Part shown: in pieces, positions 19,283-30,125 of the stretch
How the letters are laid out: every line of letters begins with the position of its first letter
Position numbering within the stretch: position 1 is the stretch's first letter
From: a virus
Length of the DNA: 64,000 nt
Direction: 5' to 3' (one strand)
Virus record (IMG/VR): IMGVR_UViG_3300010885_061525
Span: 1-64,000 of that record
The notes under the pieces: model-generated
What the model was told of the DNA's origin: nothing
The model's input: only the letters and a program-made list of their open reading frames with translations
Database searches by the model: none
Made by a program: the position numbers and the translations under genes

Positions 19283-19540
19283 ATGAATAAAAATAAATTA
19301 TTAAAGCTAAAGAGATCTATTTTTTCAATAGTTAATGAGCAATGCACCGATGAAGATTCTCAGCTTTTGTCCTCCCATTTGGACAAGGCTATTAATGATT
19401 ACTTTAATCCAATTAAAACTATTCAAAAGACAAAAGGGTATCTAGCTCCAACTGGAGAAGAAAATATCAAAATTGAGTCTCTTGTAAGAACAAAGGGACA
19501 ATCCGAAAAAGCCGACAGTCTTATTGGAAAAGGTCCTTGA
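19283..19540 (+). CDS. Hypothetical protein
   Basis: Coupled ORF. Confidence 0.5.
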   Translation: MNKNKLLKLKRSIFSIVNEQCTDEDSQLLSSHLDKAINDYFNPIKTIQKTKGYLAPTGEENIKIESLVRTKGQSEKADSLIGKGP

Positions 19541-19974
19541 ATCTAACAATAGATACATCGATTAGAATATCTTGGTTTCTTAAATTAAATAATGAGACTC
19601 TCATTTATAATAAGGCCACTGAAACTAATGATATTGCTGAATGGTCTAAAGTACAAAACGAATTGGGAGATGAGCATTTTCCAATAGCGATTGGGCTTGT
19701 ACTACTATCAATCAGTGGAGAAGTATTAAAATCAATAACCATTGGAGAAGGATCAAATAAATTCTTTTTCTCCAACAGAGTATCTTATTGTCTTGGAGAC
19801 AACTCTTCAAAAGAAGACTATGGAATAGGCTATTATGATAGCAGTACTGGTCTTGTTCAAATATCATGGTACGACCATGATTTAAATCCAATTCAGCTTG
19901 AAAGCAGAGATTTCGAAAAATGTCAGCATATGATGATACCAAAGACTATGATAGTATCTTCGTTCCAAAATTAA
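19537..19974 (+). CDS. Hypothetical protein
   Basis: TTG start overlapping the upstream stop. Confidence 0.5.
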   Translation: MNLTIDTSIRISWFLKLNNETLIYNKATETNDIAEWSKVQNELGDEHFPIAIGLVLLSISGEVLKSITIGEGSNKFFFSNRVSYCLGDNSSKEDYGIGYYDSSTGLVQISWYDHDLNPIQLESRDFEKCQHMMIPKTMIVSSFQN

Positions 19975-20378
19975 AAATCCCAATTGACGCTCTTATCACA
20001 GAGAGCATAATAGACAACAAAATAAAATGGAAGGCTAAGGCGGGGGCTGAAATGACACGGCCCCTCGTTCCTTTTTGGCGAAAATCCATATGCAAAGATT
20101 ATCCTGAGCTTAAACAGCTTTCTGAAGAATACTCATTGGAGATATCTTATGTTAAAAATCTTCTTAAAATATTTAGCGCCACTACAGTGCTAGAATACGT
20201 TAAGGATAGAGGGATAATTACATTTAGATTTCTTCCTTTAGACAAACAGAAAACAGTTCTCTACAATCTATACCAAAAAGAATTAGACTTAATCGCAGGA
20301 CGCAAAGACAGAAAAGAAGTCGTTATTCCTAAAGAAAAAACGTTCTTTCGTCAGAGTAAAGGTTCTTCAATAATATGA
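19920..20378 (+). CDS. Hypothetical protein
   Basis: Coupled to recA. Confidence 0.5.
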   Translation: MSAYDDTKDYDSIFVPKLKIPIDALITESIIDNKIKWKAKAGAEMTRPLVPFWRKSICKDYPELKQLSEEYSLEISYVKNLLKIFSATTVLEYVKDRGIITFRFLPLDKQKTVLYNLYQKELDLIAGRKDRKEVVIPKEKTFFRQSKGSSII

Positions 20379-21355
20379 GCAAAACAGACTTAACTTTAGA
20401 AAACTTCCTAATCCCTATTTCCTCTCTAAAAGAAGAGCAGGGCAGAACTTTCAGGACTACTCTTTCACTAGACATTGCCTTATCAGGAGGAATTCCTGAA
20501 GGGTCAAGCGTGTTGATGAGCGGAAAACCAAAAGTTGGAAAGACAACTCTAGCACTGCATTACGTTCAACAATGTCATAGAGCAGATCCTACAAAAAAAG
20601 CATTTTTCTTTGATGTCGAAGGACGGTTAAGAACGGAGTTATTAGATTGCTTTCCAGACTTAAATAAAGAGAATATATCTATAGTCAGATCAAATGAGAA
20701 CAAGATATTAAGCGCTGAAGATTTCCTTAACTTATTATATCAAACTCTAAAGGATTTCCCTAAATGCATTTGTATATTGGATTCAATTGCGGCCTTATGT
20801 CCTGAAGCTGAATTGTCATCTAATATTGGTGACGGGGTAAAGATGGCGGGAACGGCAAGCTTGATGTATAAAATGTTTAGACGGGTAAGTCAGATATTGC
20901 CTGTTACACAAAGTACATTTGTTGCGCTAACTCATATGATCGCCAATCCAAATCCAGGCCCTGGTAAGAAGAGTTATGGCGTAGGAGGCAACGCTCCTCA
21001 ATATGGAGCTTCTGTATGGTTAGAGGGTGGTTGGAAGCAAGATATTGAAGACTCTAATAATAAAACGATTGGTCAGAATGCAAATTTTTATATTGTATCT
21101 TCCGCATTAGGCGCACCTGGAGCCAAAGTGGCCATTCCAATAATCTATGGAAAGGGCGTAGATGAAGTCATGGACGTCTTTAACTTGGCCTGTGAGTTTG
21201 GAATTATTAATAAATCGGGAGCTTGGTATGCAGTGCCCGGCAATAAAGACAAAATACAGGGACAGGCTGCCGTTATCGATTTTATTCGGAAGAATAAGGA
21301 TTTATACAACTCAATTTATGATCAAATTAGAGAAATGGCAATACCTAAAAAATGA
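20375..21355 (+). CDS. recA: RecA/UvsX-like recombinase
   Basis: LSLDIALSGGIPEG, GKPKVGKTT, ILDSIAAL, GGNA, GIINKSGAWY. Confidence 0.9.
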   Translation: MSKTDLTLENFLIPISSLKEEQGRTFRTTLSLDIALSGGIPEGSSVLMSGKPKVGKTTLALHYVQQCHRADPTKKAFFFDVEGRLRTELLDCFPDLNKENISIVRSNENKILSAEDFLNLLYQTLKDFPKCICILDSIAALCPEAELSSNIGDGVKMAGTASLMYKMFRRVSQILPVTQSTFVALTHMIANPNPGPGKKSYGVGGNAPQYGASVWLEGGWKQDIEDSNNKTIGQNANFYIVSSALGAPGAKVAIPIIYGKGVDEVMDVFNLACEFGIINKSGAWYAVPGNKDKIQGQAAVIDFIRKNKDLYNSIYDQIREMAIPKK

Positions 21356-21750
21356 GAGTAAAATCAGTTAACAACCCAGATCAAATCATCACTTGGAATA
21401 CAAGAGAAAGCAATTGGCCTCAGAAAACAGAGTCTAGTTGCCGATCAAAGATACAGTTTCAAATTGGACAAATAATTAAAAAGAGATATCCGCTAGATCC
21501 TGTTCTAGAAGATATAACTATTCCCGACACAAGACTATCTTTAGACTTTTTTATACCGCATAGAAAGCTAGCTGTAGAAGTGCAGGGAGAACAGCACGAT
21601 CAAATGAATCCGTACTTTCATAAATCTAATGCGGAGTTTGAAGAACAAAAAGAAAGAGATGAGATGAAGCGATTCTTTTGCGAATTAAATAGCATAAAGC
21701 TATTAGAGATACGAACAGTAAAGGATGCAAACAAATATTTCTATGTCTGA
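21352..21750 (+). CDS. DUF559/Vsr-like endonuclease
   Basis: LDFFIPHRKLAVEVQGEQH...QKERDEMKRFFC. Confidence 0.75.
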   Translation: MRVKSVNNPDQIITWNTRESNWPQKTESSCRSKIQFQIGQIIKKRYPLDPVLEDITIPDTRLSLDFFIPHRKLAVEVQGEQHDQMNPYFHKSNAEFEEQKERDEMKRFFCELNSIKLLEIRTVKDANKYFYV

Positions 21751-22222
21751 AGATCAACACGCTATTAAAACAAAGATAATAGATAAAATCCATGACATGC
21801 AAGGGTCAGTAAAGCTTAATTTTACAGTCCCTGAAGAAATAGATAATATCATAAATCTTAATAGATCCCAATTAAAAGCATTGGCAAGCGAAGAGCTTTC
21901 TATCAATTGCATACGTTTAGCTCAATATGCCCTTTTTATTAAAACAGAAATAAATAAGATAAGATCGGCAGAAGAGTGGTGTCAAGCTAATATAGACAGT
22001 ATATTAGGAAGAGAAGTTAGCAATACAAACGGGTATGGCTTGGCTGAAAAAAGCCTAATCATTAAAAGAAACGATCCTGTAGCTAAGGAATTGGAGCAAG
22101 CAAGGCTTCAATTCTCTACGAAGCTCAGGATGCTTGAGGATATAGATAGAAAGATAGAATTCTTAGCAAACTCACACAAGTCTTTATCAATAGAAAAAAG
22201 AGGATCATTCCATGATAGATAG
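21743..22222 (+). CDS. Helical protein, possible UvsY-like recombination mediator
   Basis: Coiled-coil character and position after recA. Confidence 0.4.
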   Translation: MSEDQHAIKTKIIDKIHDMQGSVKLNFTVPEEIDNIINLNRSQLKALASEELSINCIRLAQYALFIKTEINKIRSAEEWCQANIDSILGREVSNTNGYGLAEKSLIIKRNDPVAKELEQARLQFSTKLRMLEDIDRKIEFLANSHKSLSIEKRGSFHDR

Positions 22223-22730
22223 AAAAGAACAACTACAAAAAGCGATCATCACAAACGACATGAATTTAGTAGTGCAATTTTACGAATTTGTTTTTAGCGA
22301 AAAAGCCCCTAAGACAATAATCGAAAAGAAAGATAATTCAGTGGAGGTAATGAAGGATATAAGACGAGTTGTTGATCTTCTGTCTGGATATATAGTAGAG
22401 GGCGCGGCCCCTGCTAAAACAGAGGCTAAAAAGGCTGTAGCTAAATCTTCTCCAAAACCCAAAAAACAAGAAGTTTTAGCCTCGTCTGGCGATACGATAT
22501 TTATATCAAGCAAGGAGTTTGAACTTCCTGAAGACGGGATTCCCGAGTATGCCGAAATGATGAAAAAGCTTTCTAAAAGAAAGAAAACTACTAGAGAGCC
22601 GTATAGGCCAAAAATGATTCATTGCGATTCATGTAATAAAGAGTTCGACTACCATAAAGAGTATCCAGCTGGACAGCTAGAATCAGGACCAAATGCCAAA
22701 CCCAAATGCAACAACTGCAGGTCAAAGTAA
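22212..22730 (+). CDS. Hypothetical Zn-finger protein
   Basis: CDSC...CNNC. Confidence 0.55.
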   Translation: MIDRKEQLQKAIITNDMNLVVQFYEFVFSEKAPKTIIEKKDNSVEVMKDIRRVVDLLSGYIVEGAAPAKTEAKKAVAKSSPKPKKQEVLASSGDTIFISSKEFELPEDGIPEYAEMMKKLSKRKKTTREPYRPKMIHCDSCNKEFDYHKEYPAGQLESGPNAKPKCNNCRSK

Positions 22731-24156
22731 ATTTGATTTAGAATCAGAATACTCTGTCATTAAGTACGCTATAGGCTCTGGATCTCAGAGCTTTTATAGT
22801 ATTCTTTCTGATATATCTGACGAGCATTTCTATGATGAAACTACCGGCTTCATTTTTAAAATGATAGCTAATCTGTATGAGAAAGAGAATGTAGAAAGAT
22901 TATCTCCCGATAGCGTTGCTAGTCAAGCTAGGAATTCAGGTTATTGGGAAGCTCTTGATAAAGATAAATTTATTAAGATCCTTAAGGCCTGTTCTGACAA
23001 TGATGTAACATCTAATGATGCTCAGCTAGCCTGTAAGAGAGTTAAGTATTGGTTTGTCATTAGAAAACTGATGAAGAAGGTAAAAGATGCGCATCTAATA
23101 GTCTCAAAAACTAAGGGTGACGAGGAGATAATTGATATAATCTCTAGTGTTGAAGAGTCCATCTTTAACTTCATACCAGAGATAAAAAGAGAAAATGACT
23201 ATACTAATATATCGGAATTTTCTGTAGGCCACATAGATTATATAGCAAAGAATCCCGTGACCATGGTTGGAATCCCAACGGGCTTTCCAAGATATGATCA
23301 GTGCATAGGTGGAGGCTTCAGAAGAGGAACCGTGAATGTTGTTGGAGCAAGACCAAAGATTGGAAAGAGTACTTTCTGTCTAAATGTTGCCAAAAATATT
23401 TCATTTGCAGGAATACCTGTACTGTATTTAGATACAGAAATGAAAAAAGAAACACAGTCTATTAAATGGGCCTCCTTATGTTCTGGAATCCCCCAAAACG
23501 AGATAGAGACTGGAGCCTTCGCTGCTAATGAAAGATCTGTCCTTCGTATGAAGGAGGCTATGGACGAGTTTAAAACGAAGCCGTTCTATCACATAAGCGT
23601 AGCTGGAATGAAACCTCAGGAAATATTCTCAGTATGCAGAAGGTGGCTAGCCACCGTTGTTGGTAAAAATAAAGACGGATCTATAAAAGACTGTCTTATC
23701 ATATTAGACTACTTAAAGACCATGGATTTAGGGGATTTGGGAGATTTTCAAGAGTATCAATATCTAGGTGACTTAATCACAAAGCTTCATAACTTTTCAG
23801 TTAAAAACGACCTACCTATCTTAGCTACAGTACAGCTGAACAGAGATGGAATAAATAAAGAAGACGGTAGCGTGGTATCTGGAAGCGATAGAATTTTATG
23901 GCTTTGTTCCAGTTTAACATATCTAAAGAAGAAGACAGACGAAGATATAGCAGCCGGCGATAATAGGGCTAATGGAGATCGAAAAATGGTTGTTGTAGAA
24001 ACTAGATATGGTAAAGGAATGGACTCTTCATCGGAATATATCAATGTAGTATCAAATATGGAGAAATCTCAATTCACTGAAGGAAAGTTCAATTTTGAAG
24101 TGTTAGATACTAATAACAACTTAAATCCAAATGATAACGAAGAATTCGACTTCTGA
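22693..24156 (+). CDS. dnaB: Replicative DNA helicase
   Basis: GIPTGF, GARPKIGKS, LYLDTEM, ILDYL, VQLNR. Confidence 0.93.
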   Translation: MPNPNATTAGQSKFDLESEYSVIKYAIGSGSQSFYSILSDISDEHFYDETTGFIFKMIANLYEKENVERLSPDSVASQARNSGYWEALDKDKFIKILKACSDNDVTSNDAQLACKRVKYWFVIRKLMKKVKDAHLIVSKTKGDEEIIDIISSVEESIFNFIPEIKRENDYTNISEFSVGHIDYIAKNPVTMVGIPTGFPRYDQCIGGGFRRGTVNVVGARPKIGKSTFCLNVAKNISFAGIPVLYLDTEMKKETQSIKWASLCSGIPQNEIETGAFAANERSVLRMKEAMDEFKTKPFYHISVAGMKPQEIFSVCRRWLATVVGKNKDGSIKDCLIILDYLKTMDLGDLGDFQEYQYLGDLITKLHNFSVKNDLPILATVQLNRDGINKEDGSVVSGSDRILWLCSSLTYLKKKTDEDIAAGDNRANGDRKMVVVETRYGKGMDSSSEYINVVSNMEKSQFTEGKFNFEVLDTNNNLNPNDNEEFDF

Positions 24157-25198
24157 GTTTAAAAAATTAGCCTGCTCTTATGACGGGTTAATACTAGAAA
24201 AACTTGGCTTTACTAGCATAACTCCTAGAGGGGTTCAGCAGTCTTGTCCCGTTCACGGAGGCAATAATCCGGCTGGATTTTCATACGACAGAACCAGGTG
24301 CTGCTGGTCATGCTTTACTCATGGTTGTCATCAAAAATTTGGAAACGACATAATAGGACTTGTAAGAGCGTTAAAAAACTGTTCATTCACTGAGGCCGTT
24401 CAATGGATGGAACTAATTATAAACGACCCTGAAATATCAGCTGGATATATAGCCAACGATATAGTTGAGGCCAAGCCTAGAGAGAACAATTCTATAGATG
24501 AGAGTTTCATCGATAGGCTTTATCCTGATTTCAGCTCAATATTAGACAGGGGTTTTAATCAGTCAACTTTAAAACATTTTCAGTGCGGTGTTTCATCAGA
24601 AAAATCAAAGATTCAACACCGTAGACTAATGATCCCAATTAGGGATATAGATGGAAAACTGATAGGATTTACAGGAAGAAGCATTTATAATAAATGTGAT
24701 AGAACAGGCTCCTATCATCCTGAATGGAGCAATGATGACGGAGCTTATTCTTCCGTATTTTCTAAATGGAGGCACTATCCAAAAGGCCTCAACAAAAGCG
24801 TTGAGCTTTATAATCTTAACGAAGCCAAAAAATATATAGATAGAATCGGATTTGTGGTAGTCGTTGAAGGACCTTTCGATCTTTGGAGGCTGTGGGAGCT
24901 TGGCGTTAAAAATTGCGTTGCTTCATTTGGCTGTTCCCTCTCCAGAGAGCAAATAAACAAACTCAAGCCAATAGCCTCCTGCATAGCTGTATGCTTTGAC
25001 GACGATAAACCAGGCTCAAACGGATTCGAAAAGGCAAAAATTCTATATGACAAGGATATTAAAATAGAAAAATTAACGTTGCCTAGAGACAAAGACCCAG
25101 GAGCTATTTCTCTAGAAGACTATAATTACATAATCAAACCGCAGCTTTCTGTACTGAGAAGTCGATATGAGAACAAAAATCATAATAATAACTGGTAA
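24131..25198 (+). CDS. dnaG: DNA primase
   Basis: CPVH...CFTHGC zinc finger, IPIRD..GKLIGFTGR, TOPRIM VEGPFD and FDDDKPG. Confidence 0.92.
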   Translation: MITKNSTSEFKKLACSYDGLILEKLGFTSITPRGVQQSCPVHGGNNPAGFSYDRTRCCWSCFTHGCHQKFGNDIIGLVRALKNCSFTEAVQWMELIINDPEISAGYIANDIVEAKPRENNSIDESFIDRLYPDFSSILDRGFNQSTLKHFQCGVSSEKSKIQHRRLMIPIRDIDGKLIGFTGRSIYNKCDRTGSYHPEWSNDDGAYSSVFSKWRHYPKGLNKSVELYNLNEAKKYIDRIGFVVVVEGPFDLWRLWELGVKNCVASFGCSLSREQINKLKPIASCIAVCFDDDKPGSNGFEKAKILYDKDIKIEKLTLPRDKDPGAISLEDYNYIIKPQLSVLRSRYENKNHNNNW

Positions 25199-25805
25199 AG
25201 CTCAAAGTGGAAAAGATACGGCTGCTAATCACATTAGAAATATTTTAAAGATCAACGGTCGATCATCTTCAATCTATCCATTTGCCGAGGAATTAAAGCA
25301 AATATGCCATAATATGTTTGGGTTATCTCACATCCAATGCTGGGGTGAAAATAAGGATAAGAATACTACTGTTGATTTTAAATGGTCAGACCTTCCTCTT
25401 AACTCAAATGATTTGGCCAAGCTGATGTTGAACTCAAGTCTTAAGAAAACTAGCGACCAATTGACTGCAAGAGAAGTGATGCAGATTTGGGGTACAGAAA
25501 TCTTCAGAAAATTTGATCCAAACTGTTGGGTAAGATCCACAATAAATAAAATCAAAAAAGACTCTCTAGACTTTGCTATCATATCTGATGCAAGATTTCC
25601 AAATGAAATAGATTTTGCCAAGGAATATGACCCGATAATTATTAGATTGACAAGAGATGTATTGGAAGATAAACATCAGAGTGAGATATCTTTAGATGAC
25701 TATAATTTTGACACTTTGAAAGACAGCTATATTATTAATAATACCATGATCTCACTTGATCAAAAAAATGAGAAAATAGAAAAAATAATAAAGAAATATT
25801 TATGA
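25167..25805 (+). CDS. Deoxynucleoside monophosphate kinase
   Basis: GKAQSGKDT, FAEELK, REVMQIWGTE, ISDARFPNE, HQSE. Confidence 0.9.
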   Translation: MRTKIIIITGKAQSGKDTAANHIRNILKINGRSSSIYPFAEELKQICHNMFGLSHIQCWGENKDKNTTVDFKWSDLPLNSNDLAKLMLNSSLKKTSDQLTAREVMQIWGTEIFRKFDPNCWVRSTINKIKKDSLDFAIISDARFPNEIDFAKEYDPIIIRLTRDVLEDKHQSEISLDDYNFDTLKDSYIINNTMISLDQKNEKIEKIIKKYL

Positions 25806-26260
25806 TAGTCGGCCTTGGTAGTGATTCTTTTACTATAGATATATATGATGAAGACAATCATATACGTAAATCTATCTATTCAAAACTAGAAAAGGTCCTG
25901 CTTAATTTTCCAAAAGGTCAAGTTAAATGCATAGGAAAATACAAGAACGGAATATCGATGGACTTTTGCGGAATATGCGCGAAAATGAATTCATTACAAG
26001 AAGTTTTGGTTCCATACGAAGATAATGATAATTCTTGGCCAGATCCGGTAAAAATTAAATTCAAAGAAATACTTAAGAAATCAAAACAAATAAGACTCCT
26101 AGCCACGGGAGGCTTTAATCCAAAAAAGATAAGAGAGATGGATTTGTACATAAATAAAACGGCTGACTTAGTGATTGACATTCGTATAAGTAATAATCAA
26201 ATTCACTTAAGTATCGCGAGGAAAAATGAACATAAAATTTTTGAGAGCCTCATCCATTAA
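25802..26260 (+). CDS. SLOG/YspA-like protein (degenerate)
   Basis: VPYEDNDNSWP...FKEILKKS...YINKTADLVI resembles YspA/DUF1273. Confidence 0.5.
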   Translation: MIVGLGSDSFTIDIYDEDNHIRKSIYSKLEKVLLNFPKGQVKCIGKYKNGISMDFCGICAKMNSLQEVLVPYEDNDNSWPDPVKIKFKEILKKSKQIRLLATGGFNPKKIREMDLYINKTADLVIDIRISNNQIHLSIARKNEHKIFESLIH

Positions 26261-27212
26261 CACCTATAGAGGCTGTGAATTTCAATTCTTCATGGAGCAA
26301 ATACTAGAGCTTCCATCAAAAAGTGGAAAAAAGGCTCTTCTCGGAACAATAGTTCACCATGTTCTTGAGCTTATGGCTAAAGGAAGCAAGACCAATAGAG
26401 ATTTTGGATTAATAGTAGATCATAATAAATTATTGGACATATGTTGGAATAGATACATAAAAGAAAATCCCGACATGGTAATGAAGCCTGCGGACAAGAA
26501 ATTTTGCCTTAAAACAATAGAAAAAGTCTTGGGAACTCAATATGACCCTAGAAAAATGAAAATACTGTTTACAGAAAAACAGTTCAAAATACCTCTATTG
26601 ATGGATGGTTTTAAATATGAGTATTATGATTTGGTTAAAGGCTCTATAGACAAAGGAAACTATGAGATACGAGGGACTATTGACTTAATTACAGAAGTCG
26701 ATAAAGATACTATAGAAATAGTTGATTGGAAAACAGGGTCTAGAAAATGTTGGAACAGCGGTGAAGTTAAAGAATATGAGTATCTCCAATCAAAAGATAT
26801 ACAGTTGAGAATGTATGATTTGGCATGCTCAATGATTTTTCCACAGTACAAAAATATTATACTGACCATTCATTTTATAAATGACGGAGGTCCATTTACT
26901 GTGAGCTTCGATAATAGTCAAAGAAAAGAAACCATAGATATAATTAAAAACTCGTTCAACGCCATCAAATGGAATCAGCTTCCTTCTAGAATCAAGGATA
27001 CCAAAGCTTCTGATAGATGGAAGTGCAAGAGTGTTTGCCATTTTGGTAAGACCCTTACTAATGCCGGCTGTAGTATCTGTGATACGATACATTCTTACGC
27101 TGTTGGAAACGGTATAGATAAAACCGTGTCGCAAATAAACGCTTTAAGAGCAGCTAAGGCTACAGAAAAAGCCAAATTGACCAGCAATCGTAGAAATACA
27201 TTTGAGGAATGA
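26226..27212 (+). CDS. RecB/Cas4-like PD-(D/E)XK exonuclease
   Basis: RASSINTY.GC, GTIVHHVLE, RGTIDLI, IVDWKTG, QLRMY, C-terminal Cys cluster. Confidence 0.88.
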   Translation: MNIKFLRASSINTYRGCEFQFFMEQILELPSKSGKKALLGTIVHHVLELMAKGSKTNRDFGLIVDHNKLLDICWNRYIKENPDMVMKPADKKFCLKTIEKVLGTQYDPRKMKILFTEKQFKIPLLMDGFKYEYYDLVKGSIDKGNYEIRGTIDLITEVDKDTIEIVDWKTGSRKCWNSGEVKEYEYLQSKDIQLRMYDLACSMIFPQYKNIILTIHFINDGGPFTVSFDNSQRKETIDIIKNSFNAIKWNQLPSRIKDTKASDRWKCKSVCHFGKTLTNAGCSICDTIHSYAVGNGIDKTVSQINALRAAKATEKAKLTSNRRNTFEE

Positions 27213-27213
27213 A

Positions 27214-29070
27214 ATGAACTATATACCGCTGCATGTACATACCGGATGGTCTCTATTAGATAGCACTCTCGATGTTGTCGAGTATGTAAATTTTATTAGT
27301 GAAAATGGCGGAAAAGCCTGCTCTATTACAGATCATAATAATATAAAGGCCCTAGTACCTTTTGCAAAAGCCTGCAAAAATAAAGGAATAAAGCCGATAA
27401 TTGGATGTGAACTAGACGTCTGGAATAATGACAGTTTTTTAGGTAGAATTACTCTAATAGCCAAAAACAAAACAGGATATAAAAATCTTGTTTCTATTGT
27501 TTCCATAGCAAGAAGTAAGAACCGAGTAGAATCTGACGGATATCCAAAGTCATTTTTAAATGAACTTCATCAGTATTCGGCTGGTCTTATTTGCCTTATT
27601 GGAGACTTGAGAAGTGAGATTTTCACTGAGTCATTCGTCAATCCCGAAATGGCATATAATTCAGACAGCGAAGAAGAGTGTAAGAAGCTACTACGGCATG
27701 ATTTTAAATCGTCTATAGACTTAGTCATCAAAAAGTATCGTAAGATTTTCAATGATGTATTTATATACTTTGACTATTCTAAACTCCCCTGTCTTAAGAT
27801 ACTAGGGTTGGCAATTAGGGATAATTTTCCGGAAGCTCTTCCGTCAAATAATATTCATTATCTTTCAAAATCAGACTACATCATTCATAAGTTAATTGTC
27901 AATGATGAAGACAGGCTGTCAAATCCAATAGATGATAAACGAATTTTTAATGAGGAATATACCTTTTCTCACATTTTAAAATCTCTTCCTGACGGGGAAA
28001 GGACTTTTAAACTGCTCGATTTAATTGAGAATTTTTCAATTGAAGAGAGGCCCATGATTCCAGATTTCAAGATTAAAGATCATATAATTTCAGATCAAGA
28101 TGAATATCTAAGGAATATCTGTAGAAAGGGATTCTCAGAAAAAATACTTCCAAGGATAGGGGAGTCTTCAGAGATTAAAGCGGTATATCTAGAAAGAATT
28201 AAACACGAGCTTTTTGTATTTAAACAAGCGAAAATATCAGGATATTTTTTGATTGTTAAAGACATAGTGGACTTCATTAAGTCTTTTGGTTATCCTGCAG
28301 ACAGCAGAGGATCTTCATCTGGATCGATTATCTCTTACTTAATTGGAGTGTCGTCTATTGATCCGATTCTTCCAGACCCTACTCTAACCTACTCTAAGGA
28401 AAGAGAGCTTTCGTTTGAAAGATTCTATAACGAAGGAAGAAACACAGCCAGTAATGTTTCATTGCCAGATATAGATATGGATCTACCACCTTCTATAAGA
28501 ACGGATGTTATTGATCACATTAGAAATAAGTATGGAAACGATTGCGTTGCCCATATTATAACCCATTCTAGATTTAAAGGAAAGGGCGCTATTAAAGAGG
28601 CCTTTAGAATACTTAAGCCTATTAGCAACTACTTTGACGTAGCTAACGAAATAACAAAATTATTTGCAGAAGAGTCTAAGATTTCTGATGAACTTAGCGA
28701 GATCCAAGAAGAAGATCCGTCATATGGAATTATCCGCTGGAACATTGATAATATTTCGGATGTAGCCAAACACTATGAAAAGTACAAAGAGGCTTTTGAC
28801 TTTGCTATTAGAATAGAAAAACTCCCTAAAAATGAAAGCGTTCATGCCGCAGGCATTATCATAAGCGATAAAATGCTTTCTAACCATTTTCCGATGACTT
28901 ATTCTCAAAAGCTAGACCAAATGATAATCGATGTAGAAGGGGCTGATATAGAAATGCTGGGAGGGGTAAAGTTTGACATTCTTGGGGTTTCAGCCCTAGA
29001 AAAAATATATCAAATAGAAAAAATGATAAATCGTAAATTAAATGAAGTTCAATTTGGAATCTTGACTTGA
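27214..29070 (+). CDS. dnaE: DNA polymerase III alpha, N-terminal half (PHP, palm, thumb)
   Basis: LHVHTGWSLLD, ITDH, RGSSSGS, FERF, PDIDMD, HAAGIII, KFDILG. Confidence 0.92.
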   Translation: MNYIPLHVHTGWSLLDSTLDVVEYVNFISENGGKACSITDHNNIKALVPFAKACKNKGIKPIIGCELDVWNNDSFLGRITLIAKNKTGYKNLVSIVSIARSKNRVESDGYPKSFLNELHQYSAGLICLIGDLRSEIFTESFVNPEMAYNSDSEEECKKLLRHDFKSSIDLVIKKYRKIFNDVFIYFDYSKLPCLKILGLAIRDNFPEALPSNNIHYLSKSDYIIHKLIVNDEDRLSNPIDDKRIFNEEYTFSHILKSLPDGERTFKLLDLIENFSIEERPMIPDFKIKDHIISDQDEYLRNICRKGFSEKILPRIGESSEIKAVYLERIKHELFVFKQAKISGYFLIVKDIVDFIKSFGYPADSRGSSSGSIISYLIGVSSIDPILPDPTLTYSKERELSFERFYNEGRNTASNVSLPDIDMDLPPSIRTDVIDHIRNKYGNDCVAHIITHSRFKGKGAIKEAFRILKPISNYFDVANEITKLFAEESKISDELSEIQEEDPSYGIIRWNIDNISDVAKHYEKYKEAFDFAIRIEKLPKNESVHAAGIIISDKMLSNHFPMTYSQKLDQMIIDVEGADIEMLGGVKFDILGVSALEKIYQIEKMINRKLNEVQFGILT

Positions 29071-29144
29071 GAGAATAAGAGGACTTAATTGACTCTAGAA
29101 TAATTGAAGCCATATAAGAATAGAAATGTGTATGTCTATACAAG

Positions 29145-30113
29145 ATGAAAGATAAAGACCTTTTTATTTTATTAAACGATATAGCCAATACTTCTAAGGC
29201 CTTTAAGCCGTTTGAAGGAAATCCGCCCCCAAATGTTGACCTGCCGGCAGATCATGGGATAGAAGATTTAATTCCTGCAGATGCAGATATAACCCCTGGA
29301 TGGTTACTACGATATGGTATAACTTTTTCTGGTGGGCCTCTATTAATTGTGCTGTTAATAAAAGGAATGAGAGCCAAAAAATGGACTAGTAAGATGATAC
29401 TAGATTGGCTTAAGAGGTACTTTTCTAATGATCCAACAAACCCAGGACAGTCTGATGAGTGTATGAGAAATCTTAAAGAATTAAACGATTACTTAAAAAA
29501 ACAGTCAACTGTTAATATGGGGGGAAATATACAGTTAGTTCTTGACTTTCTTAAAGCCGCACAATTACTTATTTCCCTTGTAATGAGTCAGTGCAACTTC
29601 ACGGATGATATGATAGAGCTGTTACTCCTTGGGTTTCTTTTAGAAAGACTCTTAGCCGCAGGTCTCACGGAAGCCCAAGCGAGAGCTTATATCAAATTAT
29701 ACGTAGAGTGGATTAGAAATGGTGCCAATGGACCTATGCCTACTCCGACAGGATCTTCTTCTGATCCTGAATGCGCCCCTGACGAAGAGAAAATAAAAGA
29801 GAAACTAAAAGATCGAGGGCTTATGGACGATATAGGAGAGGTGGCATGGAAAGCAGCCGTTCTTGCCGCAATAATAGCGTTAATCGCGTTAGTAGCTGGT
29901 ATTATTAGTGGATCTGGTGGAATTGGAACTCCTGCGACTATTCCTATAATTGCTCAAATTATCGCCTTGGCCGCTTTGATTGGGATTACTCTTTCAGAAG
30001 ATGACGTTCGTGCTATTTCTAGAGATGCCTCTGCTAACTGTCAACAGACAGGAGTAGATACTGGTGGCCCTGTTGAAGCTTTGGTCAAAAGACTAAAAAA
30101 TAGAAATAAATGA
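29145..30113 (+). CDS. Leader-bearing helical membrane protein, distant relative of 12120/13241
   Basis: Leader MKDKDLFILLNDIA; N-terminal TM, similar Cys spacing, C-terminal hydrophobic hairpin; GTGTAT at 29128-29133. Confidence 0.7.
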   Translation: MKDKDLFILLNDIANTSKAFKPFEGNPPPNVDLPADHGIEDLIPADADITPGWLLRYGITFSGGPLLIVLLIKGMRAKKWTSKMILDWLKRYFSNDPTNPGQSDECMRNLKELNDYLKKQSTVNMGGNIQLVLDFLKAAQLLISLVMSQCNFTDDMIELLLLGFLLERLLAAGLTEAQARAYIKLYVEWIRNGANGPMPTPTGSSSDPECAPDEEKIKEKLKDRGLMDDIGEVAWKAAVLAAIIALIALVAGIISGSGGIGTPATIPIIAQIIALAALIGITLSEDDVRAISRDASANCQQTGVDTGGPVEALVKRLKNRNK

Positions 30114-30125
30114 ATGACGAGATTT

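Noticed and set aside
19283-19540. MNKNKLLKLKRSI as another leader-family member
   Set aside because: Poor fit to the consensus and embedded in the replication operon; it also shows that Lys/Leu-rich starts can arise by chance
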